In this document: in pieces, positions 20,152-30,945 of the stretch | Position numbering within the stretch: the first letter of the stretch is position 1 | Layout of the letters: every line of letters starts with the position of its first letter | Virus record (IMG/VR): IMGVR_UViG_3300034069_002149 | Location: 27,650-91,649 of that record | DNA: 64,000 nucleotides | Strand: one strand, 5' to 3' | Origin: a virus | The notes under the pieces: generated by a model | What the model was told of the DNA's origin: nothing | The model's database searches: none | The model's input: the letters and a program-made list of their open reading frames with translations, nothing else | Program-made: the position numbers and the translations under genes

Positions 20152-22713
20152 ATGGAGCATGACATGTCTGGTTCGCACTGCCCGGTTTGCCTGGGGGATG
20201 CTGGTGTTGACGCGGAGGATTGGTTTCGGGATCACGAGCACCGGGATCTGGCGGTTTGCGCGGGCTGCGATGCTCGGCTCAAGGCGTACTGGGACGATGC
20301 GGGTGAGGGCGGCTTTTGGGCCTTTGAGGCTATGTCCCGGCCAGCAGGTTGATGGCCCACTGGCGCGCTTCCTCTAGGGAGGGGAGATGTTGGCATTGGC
20401 TCCCTTCATGTAGACGGTGGGACGAGACGGTCTGAGATAACTTCGACTCGCTCGTCTGGCTCAGGATAGTCCCACCCTGTCAGATACCAGCCGATTTCAA
20501 ACCGACCTCGGCTGCTCCATTCCGCGATTTGCGGAGACTGCGGTTCATGCCGCCATCTGACCCAGTAGAAGCCTTCATCCCTGCTCATACGCCTATGTCC
20601 CTTCCAGCATGGTGAGCGCCCACTGTCTGGCTTCTTCGATGGACGGCAGGTCGTCGCTACAGGCGTTTTCTTTGACGTTGGCCCAATATGTGCCGTCCTC
20701 GTTCTGGAAGATGACGTAGTCTGGTGTGCCGCAGGGTGGGACGCGCTCGACTTCCATCACTCTGCCTTCTCTGGGAGAGGCATGGCCCAGACCCTGTTCA
20801 TGCGTTCGAGGACGTCTTCAGCCTCCTGTTTGTCGCTGAGGCCCATGGCGGTATCTCGGAGTATGGGCGGCACCCATTTGACGCGCCAGTTCTCCAGCCG
20901 GTCGGTGCGCATCCATTTTCGGACCCATCTGCCGCTTCTCGATCTGACGACCATCATGTTGCGGTCGAAGCCGCCGCCTGGATTGGTCCACATGATCCAG
21001 CACTGCGCCTTCGGGCTACAGATGTTGTCGCCGTCTCTGTGGTTTGCCATGATGCCCCAGGCGTCGGGCAGGTTGAGGTGGGGAGCGGGGGACATGGAAA
21101 CGATCACCTGTTCGGTTATGGGTTTTCTCTGGGGAGAGGAATGGGTCGTGCTTCTGAAAAAATAAAGTATATTCCGCAAAAGGAAACATAGGGCGAACGG
21201 GAAATGTCTCTTACACCAGAAGCCATGGATGAGATCCGGAAGACATTGCCACGGATCGAGGAGGCCATGCTCGCCTTCGTTGGTCAGGGAGAGGTGGGCA
21301 GACTGCCGCTGAAGGTGGCTGAGTTTACAGACAACAAGCATATGTCCGCACTGATCGAGAAAGGCATGATCGAGATCGACGGGGAGGACTACGTCGCAAC
21401 GATCAAGGGATGGCTGTTCCTTGATTCGAGGCGGTCCAGGTAGGGAGCAGGGCATGGGAAACGGGTTCAGTCTGACGGACGAGGAAGCGTATTTGGTCTA
21501 CAAGCTGGTGAGTGATGCCATCAGCCGCTCGACCAGCGAGACGGTTGAGAGGGAGATCGGCAACCCCGATGCCATCGCTACGGCGGTGGGGCTTTACATA
21601 CGGATCTCCGATGCCATGCAGGGAGGTCGGTTCCCATGACCAAGGGCGAGTTGATCAAGCGGATGCGGGGCTTGCCGGACGACACGGAGATTGTCTGGGA
21701 GGACAGGTCTGACGGAGCGCACTGGACATTTCTGGACCCCAAGGTCGATGTCGAGCTGCTGGCGCGGGTCGAGGTCGTGGAGGGGGATATCGACTCCGGA
21801 CACCAATGGTGGGAAAGGCTATCGACCCTGCGGGTCTATGAGAACATGGATCGGGTGAGGATGATTCGGATGAAGCCGGTCGTGGTGCTGAGTTGACGCC
21901 GGATGACGATGGAGATCCCTGTCCTCACTGCGGCGGAGAGGGGTATATCGATGACCCCCTCAGCAGTGCCTGCGGCGGACGGTGGTTTAGATACTGCGAT
22001 TGCCCTGTAGGGGAGGCGGCATCTGAAAAGGACCGCGCGGCTCGGGGCGCTAAGTCGAAGGACAGCATGGTGAGCAATCTTGAAAAGCGGCTTTGGGACA
22101 GCGATGACGCCAGCCCATTGACCCACGAAGCAGCCCGTGAGATCGAGCGGCTGAACTGGATCATCAAGTCCTGCCTGTCTCGTGCGGAAGCGGCTGAGGC
22201 TGATCGGGATAAGCTGCGTGCCATCGTGGAATATCTCACCGACGATCTTACAGAGAGAGGGGAGAAGATCGTTGAGCTTTATCGAAGTCTGGATCGGCTG
22301 AGCCGCGCGATGCCGGAAGCTCTGGCGCTGATTATGTTCGATGACCTGAAGCGGCAATTCGATGTCTGCGCCACGGGCGGAAATAGCTGGATGGACGTTG
22401 ATGGCGGTCTGACCGATGTCGTCATGGACGGCAAGATAGATCTGGTCTCCATGGCTCAGGCAGCGCTCAGCGCATTGAAGGAGCCGTCATGAAGATGGAA
22501 CCGCTTGCCGGTACCCACTGCCACCATTGCAGCAGCCAGCCCGTCTATCTGATCTCGTATCTCAGCCCGGTTGACTATCGTGGCCTGACCCTTGACGTGA
22601 CCAAGGTCTTCCGGGAGTGCAAGATGTGCGGTGCCCGCTGGGAGAACACTAAGGACCCGGATTGGCGGGAAGAGGCCAAACGGCTTTATCTCGAAACCAT
22701 GGAGAGGGCATGA
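20152..22713 (+). CDS. Small hypothetical proteins: + 20152-20352, 21204-21443, 21454-21639, 21636-21896, 21893-22492, 22489-22713; minus 20406-20588, 20757-21095
   Basis: ATGA/TTGA-type overlaps and SD sites. Several CxxC motifs. Confidence 0.6.
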
Positions 22714-23177
22714 AGATCTGGTTCGACACCGAGTTCATCGAAGATGGAGAGAGCATCGACCTGATCTCCATCGGCATGGTCTCCGAGGGTGGCCGGGAGT
22801 ATTACGCCGAGTTCGCGGAGTGCGACCACAGCCGTGCCGACAGTTGGGTCAAGGAAAACGTCCTGGTTCACCTGACCGGAAAGATCAAGTTCCGGGATCA
22901 GATCAGGCGGGAGATCATCGCCTTCTCCGGTCCTTCCCCAGAGTTCTGGGCCTATTACGCGGACTACGACTGGGTGGCGCTGTGCCAGTTGTTCGGACGT
23001 ATGGTCGATCTGCCAACCGGCTGGCCGATGTATTGCCGTGATTTAAAACAACTTGAAGACAGTATCGGGGTGGCGCTGCCGAAACAGGAAAGCGGAGAGC
23101 ACCATGCCCTGGCCGACGCGCGCTGGGCAAGGCTGGCCTGGATGAGCCTCCATCCGGATAGTGGGCGGTGGTCATGA
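22710..23177 (+). CDS. DEDDh 3'-5' exonuclease (Rv2179c/DUF5051-like)
   Basis: MKIWFDTEFIEDG...LISIGMV, WAYYADYDWV, P.YCRDLKQL, HHALADARW. Confidence 0.85.
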   Translation: MKIWFDTEFIEDGESIDLISIGMVSEGGREYYAEFAECDHSRADSWVKENVLVHLTGKIKFRDQIRREIIAFSGPSPEFWAYYADYDWVALCQLFGRMVDLPTGWPMYCRDLKQLEDSIGVALPKQESGEHHALADARWARLAWMSLHPDSGRWS

Positions 23178-24144
23178 ACCATGCTCAGAACCACTTCAAA
23201 CGCCAGATCAATGCCTCCTGGACCTTCAGGGAAATGCTGTCGGAAGACGATGACGTTCGGAAGGCAGCTATCGTTCACTCCCTGGAGATCGGGGCGGAAT
23301 TGTGGCGTACTGGCTGCCAGTGTAACGAATGCCGGGACGGATACCTCAAGGTCGTCCGGTCCCTGGTCGGAGAAAGCTAAGCATGATCGATCCGGAAGAA
23401 GCCCTTGGCGAAAAATGGAGCGAGTATCGCAAAGAGTTCATCCCGTATGACGCCGGTCCAAACCAGAAGGCAGCCTTGGCCTATGCCTTCTACAGAGGGA
23501 TGATGGCGCTTATGCAGATCCTCCACAAGGCGACGTCAACGGAGCCAACGCCAACCGGAGAGGAACTCTCCTCGTTCATGAACGGCTTGGAGACCGCGCT
23601 CTCCGGGTTTCACGATGTCCTCTGCCCTCCGGAGAAGGAGCCGTAAATGGACGTGATCCTGATCACGTTCCCCGTGAGCATCGGGGAACCCAAAGCCCTC
23701 AAGCCGCCCTGCACCGCAGAAGCATGGCCCGCAGACGGCAACCCGGCGCTCCGCGCCAACGGCTCAACGCCGATTGGTGCCCTGGAGGAGCTTCTGCCGA
23801 AGATCGTGAGAGAGAGGGACTTCTGTGAGAAGGACAGCCTGCGCTGGGAAAAGCTCGACCTCTCCAGGGCCAAAGCCGAGTACATGCTGGCAAACCCGGC
23901 TGACTTCTCCCTGTGGTGAGGATCAAATATGACGCCAGATGAAGCCAAATCCTTCTACGGCAAGGTGCCGAAAATCCCCTGGCCGGACCCGTCCCCAGAG
24001 ATGCTGAACGATCCGACCTTCAACGCGATCTGGGATGCCATCAAAACCTGGGACGTCAATGTGCCCGCCGTCTACGATGGCTATTGCGGCGCTACCGGAA
24101 ATCACGCGCGGGCAATTTTCGATGCCGTCGTCAAGGCGCGCTAA
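23174..24144 (+). CDS. Four hypothetical proteins: 23174-23380, 23383-23646, 23647-23919, 23929-24144
   Basis: Coupled ORFs with SD. Confidence 0.6.
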
Positions 24145-24148
24145 GCCC

Positions 24149-24457
24149 CTATTCCTGGTCCCCGATTAATCGAAGGATGGCCTGCTGCACCTCCGGTGCG
24201 GCACCTTCTATGTCCAGCATCAGAACATCCCTGGTGTCCCCATGTCCGGCAACAACCGTCTGACGGGAAATCTTGACGCCTGGAGGCAGGTACGTCGCTC
24301 GCCTGTTCCAGTCCCTCCCATGCCCCCACTCCTCCCCGGTCTCAAGGTTGCATCCGCAACTGGTGCAGCAGTAGATCGTAGACCGACGAGCATCCCCCAG
24401 GCGCTCGATCTCCGCCTCGTAGCCGCAGAATGGACAGGGCAGTAGGGCAACGCTCAT
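24149..24457 (-). CDS. Lar-like restriction-alleviation family zinc-finger protein
   Basis: LLPCPFCG.EAEI...C.SCG.......WNRRA pattern. ATG at 24457 overlaps the upstream stop. Confidence 0.6.
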   Translation of the reverse strand: MSVALLPCPFCGYEAEIERLGDARRSTIYCCTSCGCNLETGEEWGHGRDWNRRATYLPPGVKISRQTVVAGHGDTRDVLMLDIEGAAPEVQQAILRLIGDQE

Positions 24458-25299
24458 GACCTGTGTTCCTTGTTGGACTGATTTTGCGGCTTGAGCCAAT
24501 CCGCGACCTTCTCCTTGCGCCAGCTCAACGCGGCCCAGGCAATGACGGTCAGAACCAGCCCGATACCCAATGAGATCACGATGAAGAGAACGGTGGTGTC
24601 GAGCATCTGATTGCCGCCAACGGCCTTCATGATGAGCAGCAGCATAAAGATCACGGCAGACCGATAGACGATGGTGACCATGGTTCTCCCCATCTGGAAC
24701 ATGGCTTCCTCCTCCATGCTCAAATCCCTTCCCGGATTCCCCTTCTGGCGATGCTGTGGGAAAATAACGCAAAGCATGCAGGTCATACAGACCATGAAGA
24801 TCACGCCGACGTACCACACCAGAGGGATTCCCAGAAAGGCCGTGTCGAGAAGTTCTCTCAAATCCGCCACCCCATCAGCCTCCTGTGGACTTCTGTGGAA
24901 GGCGCTTGCTCCGGTCGATCAGCCGCTCCAGCAGGGTGCGCTTGCAGCACAGGTCCCGGCTGATCAGGTCGATGTCGTCCAGAGCCGCCTCCATCGCTTC
25001 AATCTGCGTCGGGCCAATGCCGCCAGCCCTGCCGCCCAGGAACAGCACATCGGCCATCCAGTTGTCGCCAAGCGGCATCAGGATCAGGAACTCGTCGGGG
25101 AAGCTCATGGCCCCCTCTTCTCTAAAAGCCTTACGGACTTGGCTTCAAGCTCCAGTTCTATCGTGCCGCTTCCATCGCAAAGTTCACCGATGTACGCCAC
25201 TCTTCCCAGTATCTGCAACGGCTCCTGGTGTTTTATGTCGCTGGGGCGATAAATCGTAACCAAAACCATCCTGTCCTGGAGATCCGTCTGGTCTTTCAT
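24454..25299 (-). CDS. Membrane protein 24454-24870 (three TM-like segments) and hypotheticals 24875-25108, 25105-25299
   Basis: Hydrophobic segments and coupled overlaps. Confidence 0.6.
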
Positions 25300-25898
25300 G
25301 ATCCACCTGTCATCGCCCGCCCCTCACGCCAACGCCACAGGTTCACGTTCCGTTCCGTTATACCCTGACCGCCATAGACTTCATGGATTTTATGGGTTTC
25401 TCCAGCCTGCGGTTGGCGAGGGGAGATCCCCATCAAGAGTTGCCCTTACGCCTTCAGCATCGTCCCCGGTCAGATCGTAGGATCTCACAAGGCGCGGTGG
25501 CCCATACTCACTCTGTCGAGAGATCCGGCTGAGGAGCAGGGGCATCAATGACCGCCGTATCCGGAACGCAGACGCTGAGCGGGAAAAGCACTCAGTCTCG
25601 GCCTTGGCCCCGGTCGGTAGGTGCGTGATGCGCATGAGGAAGAATGGGTGCCAGACCATGTCATGTGCTCCGCACGTTGCAAAAGCCCCACCGCACGAAA
25701 CGATGGGGCTTAAGGTCATACGATCCATTCGGTGATGTCCCTCATGGACCAGCCAACCATACCCCGGCATTCCGGCCAGCGCCACGCAAAAACCCCGCCG
25801 CGAACGACGGGGCTTCTGGTTCTCGCTATCAACCTTGGATGCCGCGCTGCCACGAGGCAAAACAGAAGATATCCCATTGCAGCGCGCCCGTCGATGTC

Positions 25899-27086
25899 TC
25901 AGACGAAGGTGATGTCATTAGCCACACTAAGAGACGTCACCCCCACAAGGGCTAGGCTGTCCGTGGCATTGAAGGTCATGGTCAACGTGTCCGTGCCAGC
26001 GTCGTAAGCCGCCAGATCGTCGGCGTCATCGATTGTGCCGTCCGCATTGGTGTCTAGTTGCGCTTGCGTGATGCCGCCCAGGAACAGGTCGTCCACGAAG
26101 TTTTGGAAATCCCCAATCGAGTCGTTGCCGCCCGCTACCGGAGACAGGTCGTAGCGAATGTCGTCCTGGCCCGTGCCGGTGAGTGCCGTGTCATCTCCAG
26201 GACCAGCAACGATCACGTCCGTTCCAGCCCCAGCGCTGATGGTGTCATTGCCGCTGCCGGTGAAGATCTGGTCGTTGCCCTCCGCTCCGTCGATAATGTC
26301 GTCCCCGGCCCCGCTGAAGAAGTGGTCCGCGCCATCTCCGCCATGAAGCTCCTCCACGCCTGGACCGCCGAAGAAGAAATCCGCCCCAGCGCCGCCAACC
26401 GCCAGAACCTTGACCCCCTGGTTCGCCGTGGTGTCCAGCGTGTCAGTGCCGTCACCGCCATCGAACACCAGCGCCGTAATGCCGACGCCGTCCAGATTGC
26501 CGACCGTCAGGCGATCATCACCACCCTCCCCGGAGATGTTGACCGTCTCCATATTGCTGATCTGGATGTTGAACGGAACCAAGTTCTCCCGCTGAAAAAC
26601 CAACGTCGTCTGCGCGTTCTCCGGATCGAGCCTGAAGATGTCCCCGGAGTCCTCCGATCCGAAAATGTTGAGGATGTCCTGGCCGGAACCGCCATCGTCC
26701 ACGTCATTGCCGTCGCCGTTGGTCCAGATGAACGTGTCGTTCTCACCGCCCCCGGACATGTGATCGAAACCCTTGTTTCCGATCAGGTCGTCATTCTCAC
26801 CGCCGCCTTCGAGGTGGTCGTCGTTGTCCCCGCCAACCAGCGTGTCATTGCCGTCCTGGCCGTCCAGATGATCGTCCCCAGTGCCGCCGTCGAGGTTGTC
26901 CTCTCCCGTGCCGCCGATCAGCGTGTCATCCTGAGCATCGCCGTTGAGATTGTCCGCACCTCCTAAGCCGTGGATCGTGTCCGCCCCGTTCAGGCCGGAA
27001 ATAGTGTCACTGCCGGTGCCGCCGAACAGGAAGTCGTCGCCGTTGGTTGCGTTCTTGTTTTCGAGGTCGGGCGTTAAGCTTGCCAT
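25899..27086 (-). CDS. RTX/hemolysin-type calcium-binding repeat protein 1
   Basis: Many GGxGxDx(L/I) nonapeptides. No signal peptide. Start MASLTPD behind AGAAGG SD. Confidence 0.85.
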   Translation of the reverse strand: MASLTPDLENKNATNGDDFLFGGTGSDTISGLNGADTIHGLGGADNLNGDAQDDTLIGGTGEDNLDGGTGDDHLDGQDGNDTLVGGDNDDHLEGGGENDDLIGNKGFDHMSGGGENDTFIWTNGDGNDVDDGGSGQDILNIFGSEDSGDIFRLDPENAQTTLVFQRENLVPFNIQISNMETVNISGEGGDDRLTVGNLDGVGITALVFDGGDGTDTLDTTANQGVKVLAVGGAGADFFFGGPGVEELHGGDGADHFFSGAGDDIIDGAEGNDQIFTGSGNDTISAGAGTDVIVAGPGDDTALTGTGQDDIRYDLSPVAGGNDSIGDFQNFVDDLFLGGITQAQLDTNADGTIDDADDLAAYDAGTDTLTMTFNATDSLALVGVTSLSVANDITFV

Positions 27087-27358
27087 TGTTCTGACCTTCT
27101 TGTGTTGTTTTGGTGGCAGCGCAACAATGCCCTCCTGGAAAGTCCCTGTGTACCGGGACAGAGGCGCTAAAGCATCCGACATAGATACTAGGGACATGCC
27201 TCCCAGACCATGGGACAGCCCTTCCCCATCCTGGCGGGCGGATTCCAAAACCAAAGACCCCGCCGAGTTAACGACGGGGTCTCCAGTGGATCACTCATGG
27301 CGCGTCCAGGATCAAGTGGACGATATCAGGCTACTACGCCCCGGCAAATCCGTCCAGG

Positions 27359-29122
27359 CTAGAACAGCCTCGCAACCGCCAGTACGATTACGCACCCACC
27401 TGTCAGAACGAAGATCCAGAATAGAAAATTCAGTGCCCGCCCCAGTTTCCGCATGCTGCCCCGGAATTCCTCGATGGTCTCAGTCACCTCCTCGACGGAA
27501 CGCTCCAGAGTCGCCATCGCCTCCTCGATCCGGTCGTCCACGTTGTCGTTGACGGGACTGCTCTCTCCGGGAGGACGATAAAGAAACTTCTTCCTCTCAC
27601 AAGGACCGGCATAGCCGTGCTCGCAGCCGGGAAGGCAATCCTCCTGAGCGTATGGGCACGGCGGTTTGCCGAACAAAGGATCAAACTTATCAGGCATCGG
27701 TGCTCCCGGAGGTAAAAAGATGAGCCATACCGGTCTCCCCGGCATGGCCGCAGTATCCCTTGGCGATCCCGCTGCCATTATCATGCAGCGGCCCGTTCTG
27801 GCGATGGTCGTCCGTGAAATAATCCCACCGCCATGCCATGCACTGGGTTCCAATGCAGGTCCTGGTCGAGTCGAATGGGTGCAGGGCACACCGCTTGGTC
27901 CGCGCCTCGGGAAGCGTCAGCGCTGGCATCAGGCCGCTTCAACCCCGTCCCTGGCAACCGCGTGCGCCGCCATCAACGTCAGCTTGGCTCGGAATATCTC
28001 CTCGTTCTTCACCAGCGCCCACTCCCCCTCGAACTCGTCCTCCGGCAAAAGTCGTCTGGCGAATACGCCCCGGAAGGCAATCATGGCAATCGCCTCTATC
28101 TGCTTCTCGTTCATATTACCTCCCATTGGCCTGTTGCAAAAGTCCCTTTGTTTCGGCATCGTTGCCGTGCCTCCACTGTTCACGATACCCTCCTCTCCCC
28201 GCCACGTCTCGGCGGGGATTTTTCTGAAATAATTTCACTTGCAAAGTCCCTTTTGTTCGGGCATGATCCCGTCGTGCTGTTTTTCTCCTTTCCAGCACAA
28301 AGCGCAGCTACAACTACCCCTAGCCGATTATTCTTCGTCGGCACTGAAGACCCGGCAGCCAGCCTAAGCGGTACTCACCTCCTTCGCCGGTTGCCTGTCG
28401 GGTTTTTCTTGCATACTCATATGCCTTATGGCATAAAGACCCTTCACATGGCCTGATCTCATCGTCTGCCGTCTTGTGTGAGAAAGCCCGCCAGTGGAAG
28501 AGACTGGCGGGCTTTCGCCTGTCTAGGTCTCGTCTCCCAGGTACGGCAGGTAGACCTTGCGATCCGGATCTAGCCCGACTGCCGACCACAGGACCGGCAA
28601 TGGGTTCTTCTGACCCAGGCTGGCATGTCCGGGAGAGTACAGGTGAAACCACGGGCCAAGCTCGCCATCCTCCGTGATGTCGATCCGGATGTAGTCCCTC
28701 GGGTTTGACCAGTGCGGCAAACGCAGCCGGGGGATGCGGTACTTCACCGCATCGTTGAGAGACAAAAGGTCAGTCATCGTCCTGCTCCAGGTGCTTGGGA
28801 CACCTCGGGACGTCCGCCGCGTTGATCGTCACGCCGACCATGAACGGCCCACCACGCTTCGGAATGGACTCATCGACCGCCCGGTCAATCTGCCGGAAAT
28901 AGTCCCGTACCGCATCGCATTTCCGGCAGCCGGGTTTGTAGGGCATCAGAGTCATGGCCGGTCCCTCTCGATCTCCGCCTTCACACGCTCGACCTGACGT
29001 TGGAGCCATGGATGCAGCGTCACCATCAGATCTTCCTTCTCCTCCCCCTTGGGCGCTATCCGCATCCCCCAGAAAATCAGTGCGTCAGATACTATCCAGC
29101 GAAGCTGATACATGAGTTTCAT
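27359..29122 (-). CDS. Small hypothetical proteins: 27359-27697 (C-terminal TM), 27690-27929, 27929-28114, 28523-28777, 28770-28955, 28952-29122
   Basis: Coupled ORFs with SD. Terminator-like CCCCGCC...GGCGGGG at about 28196-28220. Confidence 0.55.
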
Positions 29123-29236
29123 ACCCGCCCCAGATGACGGCCTGCGCTTTTGCATAATGCACCATCCCTCCCCCTGTACGGGACAGGGAGTTTGTGAGAA
29201 GAAAGGACATTCAGGAAACCATAGTTGGAGGACGCC

Positions 29237-29542
29237 ATGGAGTGCCGCATGCCTCTGCTCGCCGTCGCCGCCTTCCTGTTCCTGTGCGGATCAGCCGCAG
29301 CGCAAGAAGGGGTGGATAAGTGCCAGTGCCTGTGCATGGCAGATCAGGACGACGATGGCAATGGCGGGAAAACCTCCCGTCAGCTTTATCTGGTCACGGA
29401 ACCCACTATCTGCTCCGTCTTCAACGAGAAAAGCTGCGAGGTCAAAAACCCCGGCACCGGACAGGTCTCCTACGGCAACACCGTCATGTGCGAACCACTC
29501 GGCGGAAAGAAATATCTCGAAATAAAGTCCCCGCCAAAGTGA
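29237..29542 (+). CDS. Small secreted cysteine-rich protein
   Basis: GGAGG SD, signal peptide ending SAAA-Q, six Cys in the mature part. Confidence 0.6.
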   Translation: MECRMPLLAVAAFLFLCGSAAAQEGVDKCQCLCMADQDDDGNGGKTSRQLYLVTEPTICSVFNEKSCEVKNPGTGQVSYGNTVMCEPLGGKKYLEIKSPPK

Positions 29543-29668
29543 TCTCTGGCGGGGAAAGTTTCTTGCGACCCTCAAAACCAGTCGGTCACCCGACCAATCC
29601 ACGTGGAGGCTATCCACGGGCCGCAGTCTGTCGTCTCAAAAGGGCTTTGGCAACCCCCTTCCCGGCTG

Positions 29669-30694
29669 TTACGTCAGGAACCAGTCCTGCCCCTGGACCA
29701 ACCCGGTGGCATCGACCTGGAGTGCGTCCACGCCGCCGTTCAGGGTGAAGGTCGTCTTGCCACCAAACTCGGTGACCTGCGTTGACGGGTCAGTCAAGTC
29801 GTAGCTGGAGATGTAGAGAATGTCTCCACCGCTCTTGCCCGCTCCGTTGAACCCGGTCAGCGTCGCCAGACCATCGTTGTAGCCGCCGTAGAAGAAGAAC
29901 TCGTCGGCGTCCTTGGCTGCCGACTCGATGGTGTCTCCACCGCCGAAATAGAAGTCGTCGTTGCCGCCGCCACCCAGGAAGCTGTCCTTGGCATCGTAGC
30001 TGACAAACACGTCGGCCTTCTGCGTGCCGGTGACCGTTATGCCGTCGTCGCTGGTGTAGTTGCCGTAGAACTCCAGACCGCCCTTGCCGGTGACCTTCAG
30101 TTCCTCGATGTTGTAGAAATCCCCAGCGCTGACGAAGGGGGAGCTTCCGTAGTCTTCCGGCTGTCCCTCAAAGTAGATGTGGCCGGTGCCGTACTCATCG
30201 AAGTTGACGTAGGTCTGGGAGTGTTTCGTGGTCCCGTCGTCCTTGTATGTGGCTTCATTGAATAGGTTCAGCGTGTCGTAGCCGTCGCCACCGTCCATGT
30301 GGCTGTAGAGCAGACTGTCCCCCAGAGACTCCAGCTTGGCATTGGTCGGATTGTAGTAGAGGTCGTCGTTACCCTCTTCTCCGTAGAGGTGGCTCTCATC
30401 CCGGCCACCCTTGACGATATCGTTGCCAGGACCGCCGAACTCGTCGTCTACCCCGTCAGCGCCGTGCAGAGTGTCATCTCCGCCGCCGCCAAACAGGGTG
30501 TCTGCACCATTCTCTCCATAGAGATGGTCTTTGCCCGCCTCCCCCTCCAGCCAGTCGTTGCCATTGCCTCCATGCAGGCTGTCTGGACCGTTCTTGCCAT
30601 AGATCGCGTCGAAGCCGTTCTTGCCGTAGATCGTGTCTGCGTTGTTCGTGCCGAAGATCGTGTCGTCATTATTGGTACCATTGATGACTGCCAC
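29669..30694 (-). CDS. RTX/hemolysin-type calcium-binding repeat protein 2
   Basis: AGGAGG plus GTG at 30694. MAVINGTNNDDTIFGT, repeated G.xG.D.LYG nonapeptides. Confidence 0.85.
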   Translation of the reverse strand: MAVINGTNNDDTIFGTNNADTIYGKNGFDAIYGKNGPDSLHGGNGNDWLEGEAGKDHLYGENGADTLFGGGGDDTLHGADGVDDEFGGPGNDIVKGGRDESHLYGEEGNDDLYYNPTNAKLESLGDSLLYSHMDGGDGYDTLNLFNEATYKDDGTTKHSQTYVNFDEYGTGHIYFEGQPEDYGSSPFVSAGDFYNIEELKVTGKGGLEFYGNYTSDDGITVTGTQKADVFVSYDAKDSFLGGGGNDDFYFGGGDTIESAAKDADEFFFYGGYNDGLATLTGFNGAGKSGGDILYISSYDLTDPSTQVTEFGGKTTFTLNGGVDALQVDATGLVQGQDWFLT

Positions 30695-30876
30695 GGACCC
30701 CTCCTGAGTGACCTGCCTTGCCGCGCCATGAACCATCTGCGCAGCGCTATCATTATCCCTTTTTGACAAAATACCCGATCTCTCTTAAGCGACTCGCCTT
30801 CAGGTGGCGCGGATCAGAACTTCCGGGGTATCAATGGCGTCGTACAGAAACATGTTGTCAATTGTACATTTGGACG

Positions 30877-30920
30877 TTGACTTACTGTGAACGTCTGCTA
30901 TGATGCCGTTACTCTCACAC
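30877..30920 (+). promoter_or_regulatory. Sigma70-like promoter TTGACT-N16-TATGAT followed by a plus-strand CTCTCACA leader motif
   Basis: -35 at 30877-30882, -10 at 30899-30904, motif at 30912-30919, gene start at 30946. Confidence 0.65.
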
Positions 30921-30945
30921 GCCACCACAGGAACAAGGGCAGATA

